DNA from: Dimorphilus gyrociliatus
Taxonomy: Eukaryota; Animalia; Annelida
DNA: 64,000 nt
Direction: 5' to 3'
NCBI GenBank assembly: GCA_904063045.1
Contig: CAJFCJ010000020.1
Location: forward strand, 1,604,916 to 1,668,915
A model generated the notes under the pieces. The model searched no databases and was not told where the DNA came from. It saw nothing but the letters and a program-made list of their open reading frames with translations. How positions within the stretch are numbered: the stretch's first letter is position 1; each line of letters opens with the position of its first letter. The position numbers and the translations under genes are program-made. Shown here one piece after another: positions 23,918 to 38,979 of this stretch.

Positions 23918-25785
23918 AACGCAGCACAAATATTTATGGATGGAGTGTAGGGGAGAACTGTTTAAGGTTGGGAATAAAAGATTATTTTTTGTGATCGTGC
24001 AGAGACTAATAATACTATGGGAAAAAAAGATGATAAAAAAGGTATAAAATATTTGCAACAAAAATGATAAAATGACCTAGAATTGTTTCTCTCCATCTTT
24101 CTAGAAGAAAAAATGGCGGCCTATAAGAGGGCCTGCCCCCTGCCTTCCTCGAAATAAGCAACAGAATTCTTGCGGGATTGATTAATCTTATTTTTTGTAA
24201 CGATGAATTACTATTTCCTTATTGTTTCACTCATTTTTTGATAAATGAATCTCCTAGCAAATGAAAAAAGCCGTCGTTTCAAGCAATCGAGTAGAGTAGA
24301 GGCCGAGAAATTTAACCGTAAAGGAAATAACAAGGCGGTATAGTAGAGTGCAAATGATATAATCAATATATCTTTCTTTTCGCCCTCTTTACCCCCTGTC
24401 TCTATTTTTTTTACAACGCGCCCTTTGCTAACACTATTGAATACTAAAGGGCGCTAGTAGTTGCCTAACTAAGATTGCCACATTCCTTTATCTAGGGTCG
24501 CAGATCTGGAAAAGGGTCGACGCCAGTTCGAATAGGGAGTAAGAATAATAGCGTGTAAGATAAGGAGCGTTGAATATCTAATCACAGTAGGATAAGAATG
24601 CCATCTATAGGATCGAATTGATTACCCATTCTCCTCTTTTTCCCTCTCTTTCTTTTATTCTACTCTTTACTCAGCCATTCTTTTCTTAATAGACATAGAC
24701 TATCGATTGAACTATAGTTTGACTATAAATTATATATTAAAGTATTACAAAGGTCTACTGATTTCGGCTTTCTCTTTTACAAATTACAACTACAAGCCGC
24801 ATAAAATAAAACTTTTGCCTTGTCACATGACCAAAAACAAAACAAGTATAGTATTTTCTTTGTCATCCAAAACGAATCGATAGCACGAGCGTTCATACTC
24901 CGTTTATGTATCGATCGAATAAAAAGTGACGTCTCCTGAATCATACGCGTCTAAATATTTTTCCACATATAGATTTTATTGCTTTTTTTATTATACACCA
25001 CTTACCGTTTACATTTAAACAACAGAAAGACTTGGAATGAGGACAGAGAGAAAATAAAACTTTAATGCTTCTTCTGATAAGACTCACCTATACGTCTACC
25101 TCTATCCTAAACTTTCTTTTCCTGTTTACAGAACCGATAAAATAAACAGAGTTGCCGACTTTGCTCTTATTTGCAGAATTAATAAAACCGTTGTCGATTG
25201 CTGCTTTCCGCCAAACTGACAAACTATCCCATATTCTGCGCGCCACGCGGCTGAAAAGTAGTAGTTTGCACGACGCTCATTCGCCAGCTCCTCGACATTG
25301 TTTTCGTCTGACTTGGAAAATTAGACGGTTCTGTTTTTCTTTAGCGAAAAGGAAAAGAGCTGCAAATTCGCTAACTAATTTGTAGGCTACATGTAGGGAA
25401 GTGTGGAGGATATCCAGTATGTTCTACAGCATTCCGATGGGAATAGAATGCAATTAAAGTAAGGCGCGACTCTCGTTATAATGTCTATGGAACTAATTAC
25501 AATCCTTGAATAATTAATGGGTTTATGCCGATGATTTATCGGGAACAGATAAGCGTAGAATGGAGGGTATCCATTAAAAGGGTAAAGTTTACTGTGCAAT
25601 TAAATACCTTTCTTATGTAATAGTTGTTAGCAAGCTATCTTCTTTGTAACATATATCTGGAAGAAGCAAACTTTACTTTATAACAGTCCAAATCAACTTA
25701 GCTTACAAACAGCCGCGTTTACGCTTAAACACATCTCACTCCTAGGTGGCATAAATACACATATACATACTCTTTAAAAAACGTG

Positions 25786-25860
25786 CAAATACACATACAT
25801 ACACACATATACACAGACACATGCACACACACACACATAAACTCTCTCTCACTCTCATAT
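25786..25860. repeat. (CA)n/(TA)n-rich low-complexity tract
   Basis: acacatacatacacacatatacacagacacatgcacacacacacac..., read directly. Confidence 0.8.
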
Positions 25861-28454
25861 ATAGTATATACATACCAAATACACACGCGGATGTGTGAAT
25901 GTTCGCAGACATCTTAATTTGCAAAGAAATGTTTGTCATCTCTAGTCTACGCTCGCAAATTTAATTTATCACCACCAATCGTATCAAGTGCCTAAGAAAA
26001 TTCCATTCGCGGTTTGTTTGTCAAGAGCTGTTAAAAGCGAAATGTAGCAAGCCAACAATTAGTATAGTAGTGGGAAAAGGTCATCATTATTCCCTTCTTA
26101 TCCAGAGGTTTTTCATTTCGCCCAAAAAGTTCCTCTGCCCTTGTTTCCTTCTAGTTAAAACAAGTTTTATTTATTTTGCAAATATATTACGCATATACGT
26201 ATATATAATTTATTTTTACTGCTCTTTTCTCCCTACCCAACGGGCAGATGCTTTAAAAAATGCTTATAATTGGTAATCAAGCAGCATTGATGCTACATTT
26301 GCCTTGATGGATTACTGCCTTCTCCCTCGTTTATCATCTTTCCCCACTGTGATTTTATACAAGAATTTCCTTCTTACTAATAATCATGCATTTTCCTTTA
26401 ATTTATTATGAATAGCTCTTTTACTATGGACAGATGTTTGTCAGATATAACATTTAAATGTGTATTAGTAATTAAACCATACAAATAAGAATATCATAAT
26501 GATGAATTGTATATTTAACAAACTAATAAATGATGTACAGAGTTCTATTTATTGGCTTGTTTTTTTGTTCCTTTTATAGAAAACGATAATAAAATGTTTG
26601 TAATCCTTATGAACGTAAATTGACCCCTTTGAAATCAGCAGAAACGAATCAACTTATTATTTTAAAAGGCTATAAAGATCAAGTATTTTTCATCTGAAAG
26701 AAAAGAACTTACTTTACAGACTCAAACCTTCGAGACACTTTATATTTATTTTCTTCTCTTCCCTTTATATAGACCCCTTAAACTGTCTAAACCACAGATT
26801 CAAAGCTATTTACCTAATAATAATAAATATATATATATATATATAGAATGGTCTAATACTTCTCCTTAGTCTATATATATATATATATATTTATGGAAAG
26901 CTATAAAATGTCCTAAAATTGTTTTAGTTTCTTTCGAGCTTCCTTTAAAAGGGTAGATAATTGATAATTATTGGATCTTTTATAGAGAAATGACTGCTAT
27001 ATTTAATTAATCTGGTTATAAAAACATTATTCGCAATTATTTTAATCTTTAAAGGCTTCTTGAATTTTCACTAGAAATTCGCCAAAAAAGAAAAGAACTC
27101 TATTTATAGGAATTTTTCAGTTTGCAATGTCTCATCTTTATATCTGAGAATGACTAATCGTCAACAGCAAAAGCTATTCTGATTTCACAATGGTACCATA
27201 GCTTTTAAACTGTTAGATAAATACAAGATGGCGTTACTGGAATATTAATTGAATGAATAGTTTTTTGTACTGCCTTTAAACATTATAAAATATTAATAGA
27301 AATTAATTTATGAATAACGACAGGAAATTAACATAAGAAGCTAACTAATAGTTTAATACTCGTTCCGAAAATTCTTGATTTACAATATATTAGATAAAAG
27401 TAGTAATATCAAGTTATGTACACAGTGATAAATATAACACATCCAAAATAGCTTAAATGATAAAGAAAAGATATTAATCTAAATCAAAATAATTGATTTA
27501 TCATTTTTTTTTCAGAATGACTAACCCATGAAATAGAGGAAGTGAAATTAACATTTCCTTCATATAATGAACAGAGCTGTTGTTATATATATATACATAG
27601 AGGATTGATGCAAAGAATAAAAACATCTATATATATATAAATATATTTTTTATATCTACTGTATTTTGCATATAATCGATTGTGATTTATCTAAAATGAG
27701 AGCAAATTAAAAAATCTATAAACTTCCTCCTAGGAAGCTTTCTAATATTCTTTTTAATTTGTATCTCTATAGTTTAGGTTTTATTAATATAGGATTTTCT
27801 ACTTGTTTTTTTAATTTTCCTTAGCTTCTTCTACAACTCTGCTCTTTCCCATCATCTCTCTGTCTATCAATCTCCCCTTCCCCCCCCCCCACCCCTACCT
27901 TCCTACCTCCCGTCTTTCTTGTATGCGTAGGCTATTTTCCATGTTATTCAGTTGAAAAGTATGCAAAAATTCCCTCGCCTTGCAGAAAAATAGAAAAGGT
28001 TTTCATAATAAATATATTGCTATATCTTCTATGTATTGCAGGCTTATTGCGATCTACTAATCCATATAGGCTTTAGTATTTGCTGTTTGTGTAAGAAAAA
28101 AGTCAACGTTGCTATTCGCTATTCAGTCTATTTAATTGATATTTCTATCTCTGCTTTATCAATTTTTATGATTTCTGTTTTAAATGTTTGTACTATAGAC
28201 ATGAATAAGTAAGTTTTATAGGATGGGTTGGGATTGGCAGTTTGGTAGATTGCAACAAAATTAGCATAAACGCACAGGATTGTCGTATGTTTGCTAATAC
28301 TCTGTAGGAATATTGAACTTTAATTCCAATAGTAGATTTACAATATTTAATTTCTGGTGATCCTTCAAAATTCCATTAAATCAATAATTTTTCGAAGGCA
28401 GTTTTGCGCCACAGATATCGTCTGCTTTGCACTGACAATCGTAGGTATTGACCA

Positions 28455-28489
28455 TGCGCATGCGCGAAAGCCGCGAATAGCATGGCAAC
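28455..28489. promoter_or_regulatory. INPP5E promoter: NRF1-like TGCGCATGCGC (28455-28465) and RFX X-box-like AATAGCATGGCAAC (28476-28489)
   Basis: Both motifs lie in a small CpG-rich patch about 100 nt upstream of the ATG. Motif matches only. Confidence 0.5.
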
Positions 28490-28585
28490 CGAAAACAACT
28501 TTTCTTTTTTTCCAAATAATTGACCAACGTAGCTGTAAAACAGTTAAAAACCGTCTATAAGGAGTTATTTAACAATTAGGGAATC

Positions 28586-30672
28586 ATGACATCTAAATAT
28601 ACAAATAGAAGGAAAGCGAATAATTCTCATAGAATTTCTTATTCCAAAAGAGACAATTCTCTCGATTACGAAGATGATGAAGAAGATTCTGATGCTCCTT
28701 TCAGAGGATATTCAAATAATAAAAAAAGTAACTTGCTTCAAAATCCAGGTAAAAATTTTTTTAAAAACAAGTAAAACAGTTCTAACTATTTTAAATATAA
28801 AGATTCAGAAGACGATGAATACTACAGAAAAGATAGGGAAAAGCCTAATAAAAGATCACTTCGAAATGCTCATTCTTCCAGCGAAGATATTAGAAAGAAA
28901 AAAATGCCTTATAGTCACTCAGATGGTGAAATTTCAGATGATGATACTCGAATACGTAATGAATATTATCGCCACCTTGAACGAGAAGAGTACGATACTT
29001 TAAAAGATTTACCAAGGGATTTTAATAACAAAGCTCAGGGAAACAAAAATTCGTCCAGATTATCATTGGGAATGCCTTTTAGTTCTATGAACTTAACAGA
29101 CAGCTATGCATCAAATTTATCAGATCAATCTCAAAAATCCTATTCAACTGGTTCAGTAAATCTTCTAAGAACGGAGGATGTGAAGAAGAAGTAAGTATTA
29201 CATTTCAATTTCTAATAATTCGAATAGATGAAAGTTTATAATATGTAATAAATAAAACAGAAGCTTTCTTGTTGGATCAAGTGGTTCTTCATCTCTTATG
29301 GGAGAAAAGGAACTATCTAATGTACTTGCTGATCGACATATAAGTGTGTTTTCCTTAACATGGAATGTTCAGGAAAATAAGGTAAGCCAAATATTCGATT
29401 ACATATAATTCTCGCTTGATAAAACTTAATTATATTAATTATTCCTCCTTTTATTTTGTCTTTCTCCCTTTAAATAATAGACTATTCCAAAAGACTTAGA
29501 AGATATATTGCTACCTGATAAATTGGAACATGTACCGGATGTTTTTGTTATTAGTTGTCAGGAATGCGAATTCGACAGATTTTCATGGGAAGTTGCCTTA
29601 CAGGAAGCTTTGGGTCCTGGTTTTGTTCTTTATCATACAGCCGTATTTGGGAGTTTATATACATTAATATTTCTTAAACGACAATTAACTTGGTATTGTT
29701 CGCTCGTTGAAGAAGCAACTGTTAGCATAAGAATAGCTCCTCAAGCAGGAAAGACAAAAGGAGCCTTAGGTCTAGCATTTATGATTTTCGGCTCTTCGTT
29801 TCTCATAATAAATTGTCATTTATCACCTCATGAAGAAAACTGGAGTAGCAGACTAAATGAAATTAAAACAATTTCAACACAATTAGCATTACCCAAACAA
29901 CTACCAATCTCAAAATTTCCTCTCAATCAACAAGAGAAGGATAAAACTGATATCTTTGATTATGTAATTTGGATGGGCGATTTAAACGTCCGGCTTGATA
30001 GTCAATGCACATTGGCAAAGAAACTATGCCAGTCAAAAGATCCTACCAGAGTAGATTTTGATTATGAAGATATAAAGGAGTATGATGAATTGTTTAAATA
30101 TAAGAACGAAGGTTTGTTATCTATTAAAAACTTTCAATTTTCCATTCCTACTTTTAATATCTAACTTCAATAACAGAAAAGATATTTGTCGGCTATCACG
30201 AAGGGCAAATTCATTTTCTTCCAAGTTACAAGTTTAACACTAAAGGAGAAGGTTACGCTGAGACGAGAACACCATCTTATACCGTAAGTTGATTATACCA
30301 ATACTATTCACATAAATAAAATATTATAATCCGTTTTTCCAAACATAACACAGGATAGGATATTATACAAAACAAAGAGAAAGGGTGCCATGGATTGTCT
30401 AATGTATGATAGCATTTATGAGGTAAATGCCTCAGATCACAAACCTGTATTAGCGGTCGTTTACGCCACAATTAGGCCTGGTAAAGACAACATTCCGCTT
30501 TGTGTTGGACAATGTAATAGAAATGTCTATTTAGAAGGTAGATTATATTAAATCAGAAAATAGTTTTAAAATAATTACACAAATTTATTCTTTATCAGCC
30601 ATGAGGAGAAGATGTGAAAGATTAGACGCTCTAAAGCCAGGTAAAGGGTCAAGAGCCTGCTCACTCCAATAG
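28586..30672 (+). CDS. INPP5E: Inositol polyphosphate 5-phosphatase E (ciliary)
   Basis: Exons 28586-28748, 28803-29190, 29261-29381, 29481-30111, 30177-30283, 30354-30537 and 30599-30672. Motifs TWNV, KTKGALG, VIWMGDLNVRL, TPSYTDRIL, SDHKPV, RPGKDNIPL, and a C-terminal CaaX (CSLQ). Confidence 0.95.
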
Positions 30673-31224
30673 AAACAATAACAAACTTACTCCATTGTTT
30701 TAAAAAAACTCGTTAAACCGTTTGTATTTAGCGTAAATTAAAAATACAAATGTATTTGCTTTTCATGTTGGATTTCTTCTGTGACAAAAAAAAGAACTAA
30801 GCGTTCTGTGCAATATTCTTTTTTTTTATTTTTATAAGAGTTTTTCTTCTCTTTTTTCCACTTTCATTTTTGAGGACAAGCAACAGTATTGTTGGTTAAA
30901 TTCCACTAATTTCCTCTAAAAGTCTAGTTTTTAAAAAGGATATATTAAATAATGCAATTATTAAATAAAAGTTTATTACCTTCTAGGTTTTTGCACAAAT
31001 GTTTATTGAAAAGTTTACTAATTATATCCACACAAAAAAAGCTTTTAAAGGAGAAATATAGCTCTACTAAAGAAAATATAGGCTTTTAAAACAGATTTTG
31101 CTTTTATTAAGTATTTTCATTAGAATTATTGATAAATTAAGCAATGTTTTATTATCGAAACTTTATCCAATATTCAAAGTAGTCCAAGATTGTACGCTCT
31201 TCTATAGCAGACGACACAACTGAA

Positions 31225-32128
31225 ATGTCCGGCAAAGCTAATAATGATGAAAATAAATCAAAATCTCCTACCGCAACTGATGCAGAAGGGTTAAATAAGG
31301 ATCCCGAAAGTTATGGTTATGACTTTTATCCTGAAAGGGAGGGGAGGCAGCAAAAAACTTTTATGGAGAAAATGTTCAGAGGTCGCGGCTCCTTCTCTCA
31401 GGCTCTTACATGTGTATCCAATGTATATTGGTGTATGGAGAATAGTAAGATTATATTTTATTTATTAAAACATGTTGTCGTTGCTTTCCAATTAATTTCT
31501 TTTAAAACAATCTACTTTTAAGGTCCAGCAGTTAAGTTAATGCTGAATGCCCTAAAGAAAAAAGGATGGTAATTAGTTTTTCAATTTCTTAAGTCGTTAC
31601 TTAGGGAGAATTCTCCTTTTCAGTGCCATTAATCCTCAAAGGCATATTTCTTGTGAGGACTGCTATTCAAGGGTAAACGGGGGATTCGATCCGAAAGCTA
31701 ATCAAGTAGTCATTTGCAGGAATAACTCGAAAAATAAACAAGTGGCATGTAGCGTTTTAGCTCATGAATTGACTCATATGTACGATTACTGCCGGGCTAA
31801 AGTAGATTTTAAAGATTTACGTCATTTAGCTTGTACAGAAATTAGAGCTGCTAATTTTTGGCATTGTTCATTCTCCTCATCATGGGTTGATGGTGACTCT
31901 GGTTTGTTACACGTAAAAAAAAGACACGAAACTTGCGTAAAAAATAAAGCTCTTATGTCAATTTTAATGGTAAGAGATATAGACTTGCAACAAGCGGCTA
32001 CAATTGTCGATGAAGTGTTTGAAAAATGCTACAACGATCTAGATCCAGTCGGCAGGAGAATAAGAAAAAACTCTAGGGATGCTGAGAGAGCATTTGAAGA
32101 ATCAATGTTACGTTTTAAGAATAAATAA
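31225..32128 (+). CDS. ATP23: Mitochondrial inner membrane protease ATP23 homolog
   Basis: Exons 31225-31444, 31523-31568 and 31624-32128. HExxH motif in LAHELTHMYD; also HLACTEIRAAN and CYNDLDP. Confidence 0.95.
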
Positions 32129-32389
32129 ATACTAATAAATTTTTATACCATTCCTTTCATTATTTTTACACATCTACCAAGAAAAGAAACTACTTCTGGA
32201 AAAGTTATCATTAATTTTTACTTGGATTTAATAATAATACAAAAGGAGTAGTTTTTTCTTCATATTTTCATATTCTCAAGGTTAAAAAATTAATATACAA
32301 AATACAATGCATACTTTATAATTGGAAGACAATGATGTAAATCACTTTTTTAATTTTGACCATATCGTTTTGTACAAAGAGTGTTTCAG

Positions 32390-32394
<5 letters not shown>

Positions 32395-32426
<32 letters not shown>
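32395..32426. repeat. (GA)16 microsatellite between convergent genes
   Basis: Read directly. Confidence 0.95.
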
Positions 32427-32429
<3 letters not shown>

Positions 32430-32575
32430 TTAAAATACCTCAAAAAAGGTATTCGAAATTGAGTATTAAACAAGTCGTAAATAAATTTCATGGAACAGAT
32501 TCAACAAACGATCAACCTACAAAAAAAGGAAGACATGTAAATTATAGTTGATTGAGATTATCTTGCTTTTTTTTT

Positions 32576-34631
32576 TTAAAGACAAGCCTCGGCCTCTTCG
32601 CGACTTCCAGCGCTGTTGGCTGAACTCCTTCCGGTATTTGCTTTACTAGGTTCTCGACTGGTATCTCTACTAGCCGATACGTAGAAAGATCTTCCCCGAC
32701 CAAGACTGTTAAAAATCGCAATGCAATACATTTTCAGCATCATTCTCTTTTTAACTGGGCTGGCCAGAGCGAATTCGACATCTCTTGCAGCTAATCTCTT
32801 AGCAAATTTGGCCTTCATCATAATGAAATCCTTGGCAGTTTGGCGTATAGATTCCTTGACAGATTCTGAGAAAAGAGATCTTGGTGCTATTCTTGAGTGA
32901 AAATGAATCAATCTGTCAAGAGTTCGCCAAAGTGTAAACTTCATTGGATCTTCTAGAACTTCAGCTTCTCTGAGATTAGCATTAATAATATGGATGTGTC
33001 GACTGAGTTCATGCGAAGGAGCCAAAATCGGCTCAACCGTCATTGAGTCGTCTAAAAAAAATTCCAAATAAATCCATTAAGACATTCAGTAAATGTTTAT
33101 ACTTACTCAAACATTTGGTAGCTAATCTCACCGATTCGAGGAATCTCATAGAATTTTCGTCTAACTTCATAGTTGGCCACATTGGATCCTTAAATCTATT
33201 TGCCAAACAAAGCTTGATAATAATATAAGCGAAAACTCCCAAAGTTACAAGAAGCCATATGACGAAACAGACAGTAATTATAGCGTGTAAATAAGTCGGA
33301 GTTAGCCACACTGTCGATGTTCCAGACGTTAGCATACAACCAGTTATACCAAGCCCAGCTGGTATTATAAATGATATAAAAATATAAATGTTGAAAATCG
33401 CAACTCTAAAAGGCCTGAGAACAATCAGAATTACTGAGAGTAACCATAAGGAAATTGTGATAGCAAGTGCTTGTCCATAGACATTATCAAATAACGATGC
33501 GTAAAATACAGTAAAAAGAGCAAATATGAAGATTAGGGAACCTTTGAAGAATCTACCCTTTCTTCGAAGTGCTCCGACGAGATAAAAATGCATAGGAGGT
33601 TCATTTACGTTACTTGCTTTCTCCAACTCAACTTGCTGTAGAGTTTGTTCATGGCGATGTTCCGAAGAGGAATGAATCGTAATGTAAGCTCTACTAATTA
33701 AGACATATGGAACTATCACCATGAATACAAGAAATATCACCAAGGAGGGTACACAATAAAAAGCAACGTGTGGTCCTTTCCAACAATTTTCAATATTTTC
33801 TACCTCCATATTCAACTCTTCGTTACATTGCCAAACTCGAGCAAAGCAAGTGCATAGAGGTAAAGCGACAATCTGAGTCAAGGAAACATAAATTCTTTTT
33901 AATAGTCCTCTATGTTTCGGCCAAATTTTGACGAATACGACAACGAAAACTATTACAAAAGTTAAAATGAGTATGCTCCAAGCGAGCATTAAATGCCAAT
34001 ATTTAAAGGGCATTAAACTGCTGTTTGTTTCCAATTTATAGGCCGCCTTGTACCATCCTGATTGATAAACAAAATAGACGAACCATATATCCAAATTAAA
34101 AACTGCTAACCATGCAGCAGAACTCACTACCGATTCTGGCCAAGGCCATCTTACACTAATTGCAAATAATAGACCGATAAATTGGATGTAATTTAAGATG
34201 AACATTGCTTAAATAGATTTCCATCATTTTACTACTAATGAAAGCTTTACTTTAAGTTTAATATTTAAAATGTATAAATTTATATGTTAAGCATTAAGAT
34301 AACAATTGTAATTGTAGTTTCACTATATGATATTTGTGTTTTTTTCTAGCTATATGAAGTCTACATATTTGTAAGTTTTAATAAAAAGGTCCTTCTAAGA
34401 CATTTAAAATGATGGATATCTACCCAAATCGTGTAGATATAATTGGTTGTTCCATCTCTGCCTCTCTGATTTGATATCTGATAAGTTCTTTTGCTTTTGT
34501 TTAATTTTCTTTTTTCTTTGCTTTGTGCTCATCAAAAGTGGAAAATCTTCATCGTGATTACCTTCTAAATCTAACACCGTTGATGTGTCAAGTGCAGCGC
34601 CTAACGAAGCCCGATAGTGATTCCGGTTCAT
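32576..34631 (-). CDS. Uncharacterised multi-pass membrane protein (about 7-8 TM helices plus a soluble helical C-terminal domain)
   Basis: Exons 34653 (or ATG 34631) to 34424, 34207-33107 and 33051-32576 join in frame through GT-AG introns. Many hydrophobic segments. The start codon is uncertain, with a possible upstream exon at 34873-34809. Confidence 0.8.
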
Positions 34632-34871
34632 CGTATCAACAAAGAAATGAACACTTAATAATATCAATTCGGATATTTACAAATTTACCATAGAAATGTC
34701 GCAAATAATATAATAATAAAAAATTATAATTTTTAATATCCTATACATAAAAATTAATGATAAAATCTCGTTGTTGTAAATTATATGTACCAGAAAATAC
34801 GAACATACTTAGAACTCCCGATCAATACTATTGGAATTTCCGGTTTGGGATTCTTCTGGTTTTCAAATATC

Positions 34872-37136
34872 ATGTAAGAACTTTTTAGAAATCACCATTG
34901 TTACAATTTGACAATAATTATAATCTAGTAGATTAAATAGGCATTTTATAAATTAAAAAATCTAATATAATTTTATTTCCTTTAAAATAGTGTAAATTGC
35001 AAATAAAGATTATTTTTAAACTAGCATTTTTATTAAAAACTCAAGTAAGAGCTTTAATATATCATAAACAAAGTTGATATAAAGGAATTATTTGGTGCAT
35101 ATGATGAAAATTACTTCATCTAAATTTATAATTTATAAGAAAACTTTGTCCTCATTTTCTTTTATATAAAAGAACAATTTCTTTTACTTAAATTTAATCT
35201 TATAGGAACCGTCCAGGATCTAGTATGGGTAGGCCAGGTACAGGAAGGGGAGGAGGAACTTCAGCTCGTCCTCCTGGAACCGCCTCTAGACTAGCTACAG
35301 GAATGGTGAGAATCAAATTTTTAAATATTTAAAAACTACCGATGAAAAAAATCTGGCTTAGAAATAACGACATAGACTATAATATAAAAATGAAATAATT
35401 AATTTATAGGCACCTGGAACTTCTCGTGGTAGCGTTCCAGCAGGAGGGGGTCTTGCTCTTAATTCTCAACTAAAAGTTACGGACAGACCAATGACAAAAC
35501 AAGGTCTAAGTGGAATGAAAACATCTGCTGGAGCTCGACTGAATCAACGACTGGTTAAGGATAGAACATATTTCTTAGGTCTTTTGAGAACAAAGATCCA
35601 AGAGCTATCAGCAGAGACCCTTAACCTTCAGAGAGAAGCTGAAAAAACATCCGAGAATCAAGCATCGTATGTCACTTATGAAAAGAGAGCTGAAAGTTTA
35701 GCAGCTGAAATTAAACAGTTTCAAAGAGAATTGGGAGATTACAACACTTTAGTCGATAAATTAAATACTGATGAGTCAATTAATGATATTCAAATGGATT
35801 ATGAAGATCTACAAATTGCCAATAATCGTGAAGCAAAAGTTTTGGATTCTTTATTTGAACAGAAACAAAAAAAACAAGAGCAACTTTCTGGGTTACAACT
35901 TGAATTACAACAAGAGAAATCTATGGCAGAACAGATGGTAGCAGATATGCCCGCAGAGATGAAAAAGAAATATATGAAAGCAAAGGAAGTAAATGAACAT
36001 ATGAACAAACAACTAAATATTGATCAGAAAGAGGTTTTGCGTTTTTTGTTATTTAGTTATACTTTTTTATTACGTTTTCCTTGTAGGTTGATCAATTAAC
36101 ATTGAAACGAAAAGAACTAGATGAGGAATTAGCTGCCTCACCTGTTAAACAAGAAGCCGTAAAATTATATGAACAACTTCACGAGCTTGAAGAAAAGCGA
36201 GATCACTTAATATCAGAGGCTAACAATACCCTCTCACCTCAGGAGGAAAGAGAGAAATTACTTCTTAAGGTGAAAGAGGATAATCAGGAGATAGCGTCAA
36301 TGGATAGGCAAAAGGCGGAAATAAAAGATCGTCTAGCAAATATACATACAGAATTGCAGCAAATAGATATGGATTTAGAAGATAGCCAGGGAGAGAAGAA
36401 TCAAAAGTACAAAGAGCTAAAGAAAAGAGAAGAAACTATGGACGAATTTCTCAATACATTTGAAGATGCTAAAAAACAAGAAATTGAAAAAACTGGCACT
36501 GTTGAGAGCACGATTGTTCAATTGCTAAATTCAATTTCAGGCGACTTGCAAGCATATGCTCATCTTCCAAGTGCCAATGAATTTGGAGCCATGAAGAGTG
36601 ATCTCGATTTGAAACAAGGAGAAATGGAAAAATCAAAAACAACAGCTGATAATTTAATGCAAGTAAGTCAAAGTTTGCAAACTGATTTGGAAAATGTTGA
36701 AACGCTGGAGAGAAAGGTTACAAGCGAACTGGTATCTTTAAAAGAGAGAATTTCATCTATGGCAGATGAATTAATTACATTCAAGGATTTAGATCGTCTT
36801 AAACGAGAAGCGGAAGAAAGAAAAGATAAACTACAAGAGGATAAAATAAGTTTACACAAAAGACGGGAAGCACTGAAAATACTGTTGACATCAGTATCAC
36901 AACAATATGACATGTCTAAATCGGCTATGAATGAAAATGAAACTCATATGCAATTAATAAATTTGGAAAGAAAATGGCAGCACTTAGAACAAAACAATTT
37001 CGTTATGAAAGAGTTTATTGCGAGCAAATCGAGTGAAACTGACGCTAGACCTATTCTACGTAGAGTAAACGGTATGATGAAGAATTATAATAATCACTTG
37101 CTGGAAAGTCTCGGAGGGAAAAGTCAAGGAATGTAA
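34872..37136 (+). CDS. IFT74: Intraflagellar transport protein 74
   Basis: Exons (AT 34872-34873), 35206-35305, 35410-36033 and 36087-37136. Motifs DRPMTKQGLSGMKT, RLVKDRTYFLGLLR, long coiled coils, LERKWQHLEQNNFVMKEFIA. The start is either a split AT/G or the ATG at 35224. Confidence 0.93.
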
Positions 37137-37224
37137 AAACTAAATAAGTCACACGAAAGCTTACTGCTTGTTAGTCACTTTTTTCAAAGCAATTATTGTA
37201 TAATTATTCAAATTTTATTTATTG

Positions 37225-38979
<1,755 letters not shown>

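Noticed and set aside
24495-24545. GTTCGAAT resembling a tRNA T-loop (similar word at about 51168)
   Set aside because: No cloverleaf, acceptor stem or A-box can be built.
25152-26276. Short ORFs in the MAGUK-INPP5E gap
   Set aside because: No recognisable domains, several are low complexity, and they are better explained as UTR or intron sequence.
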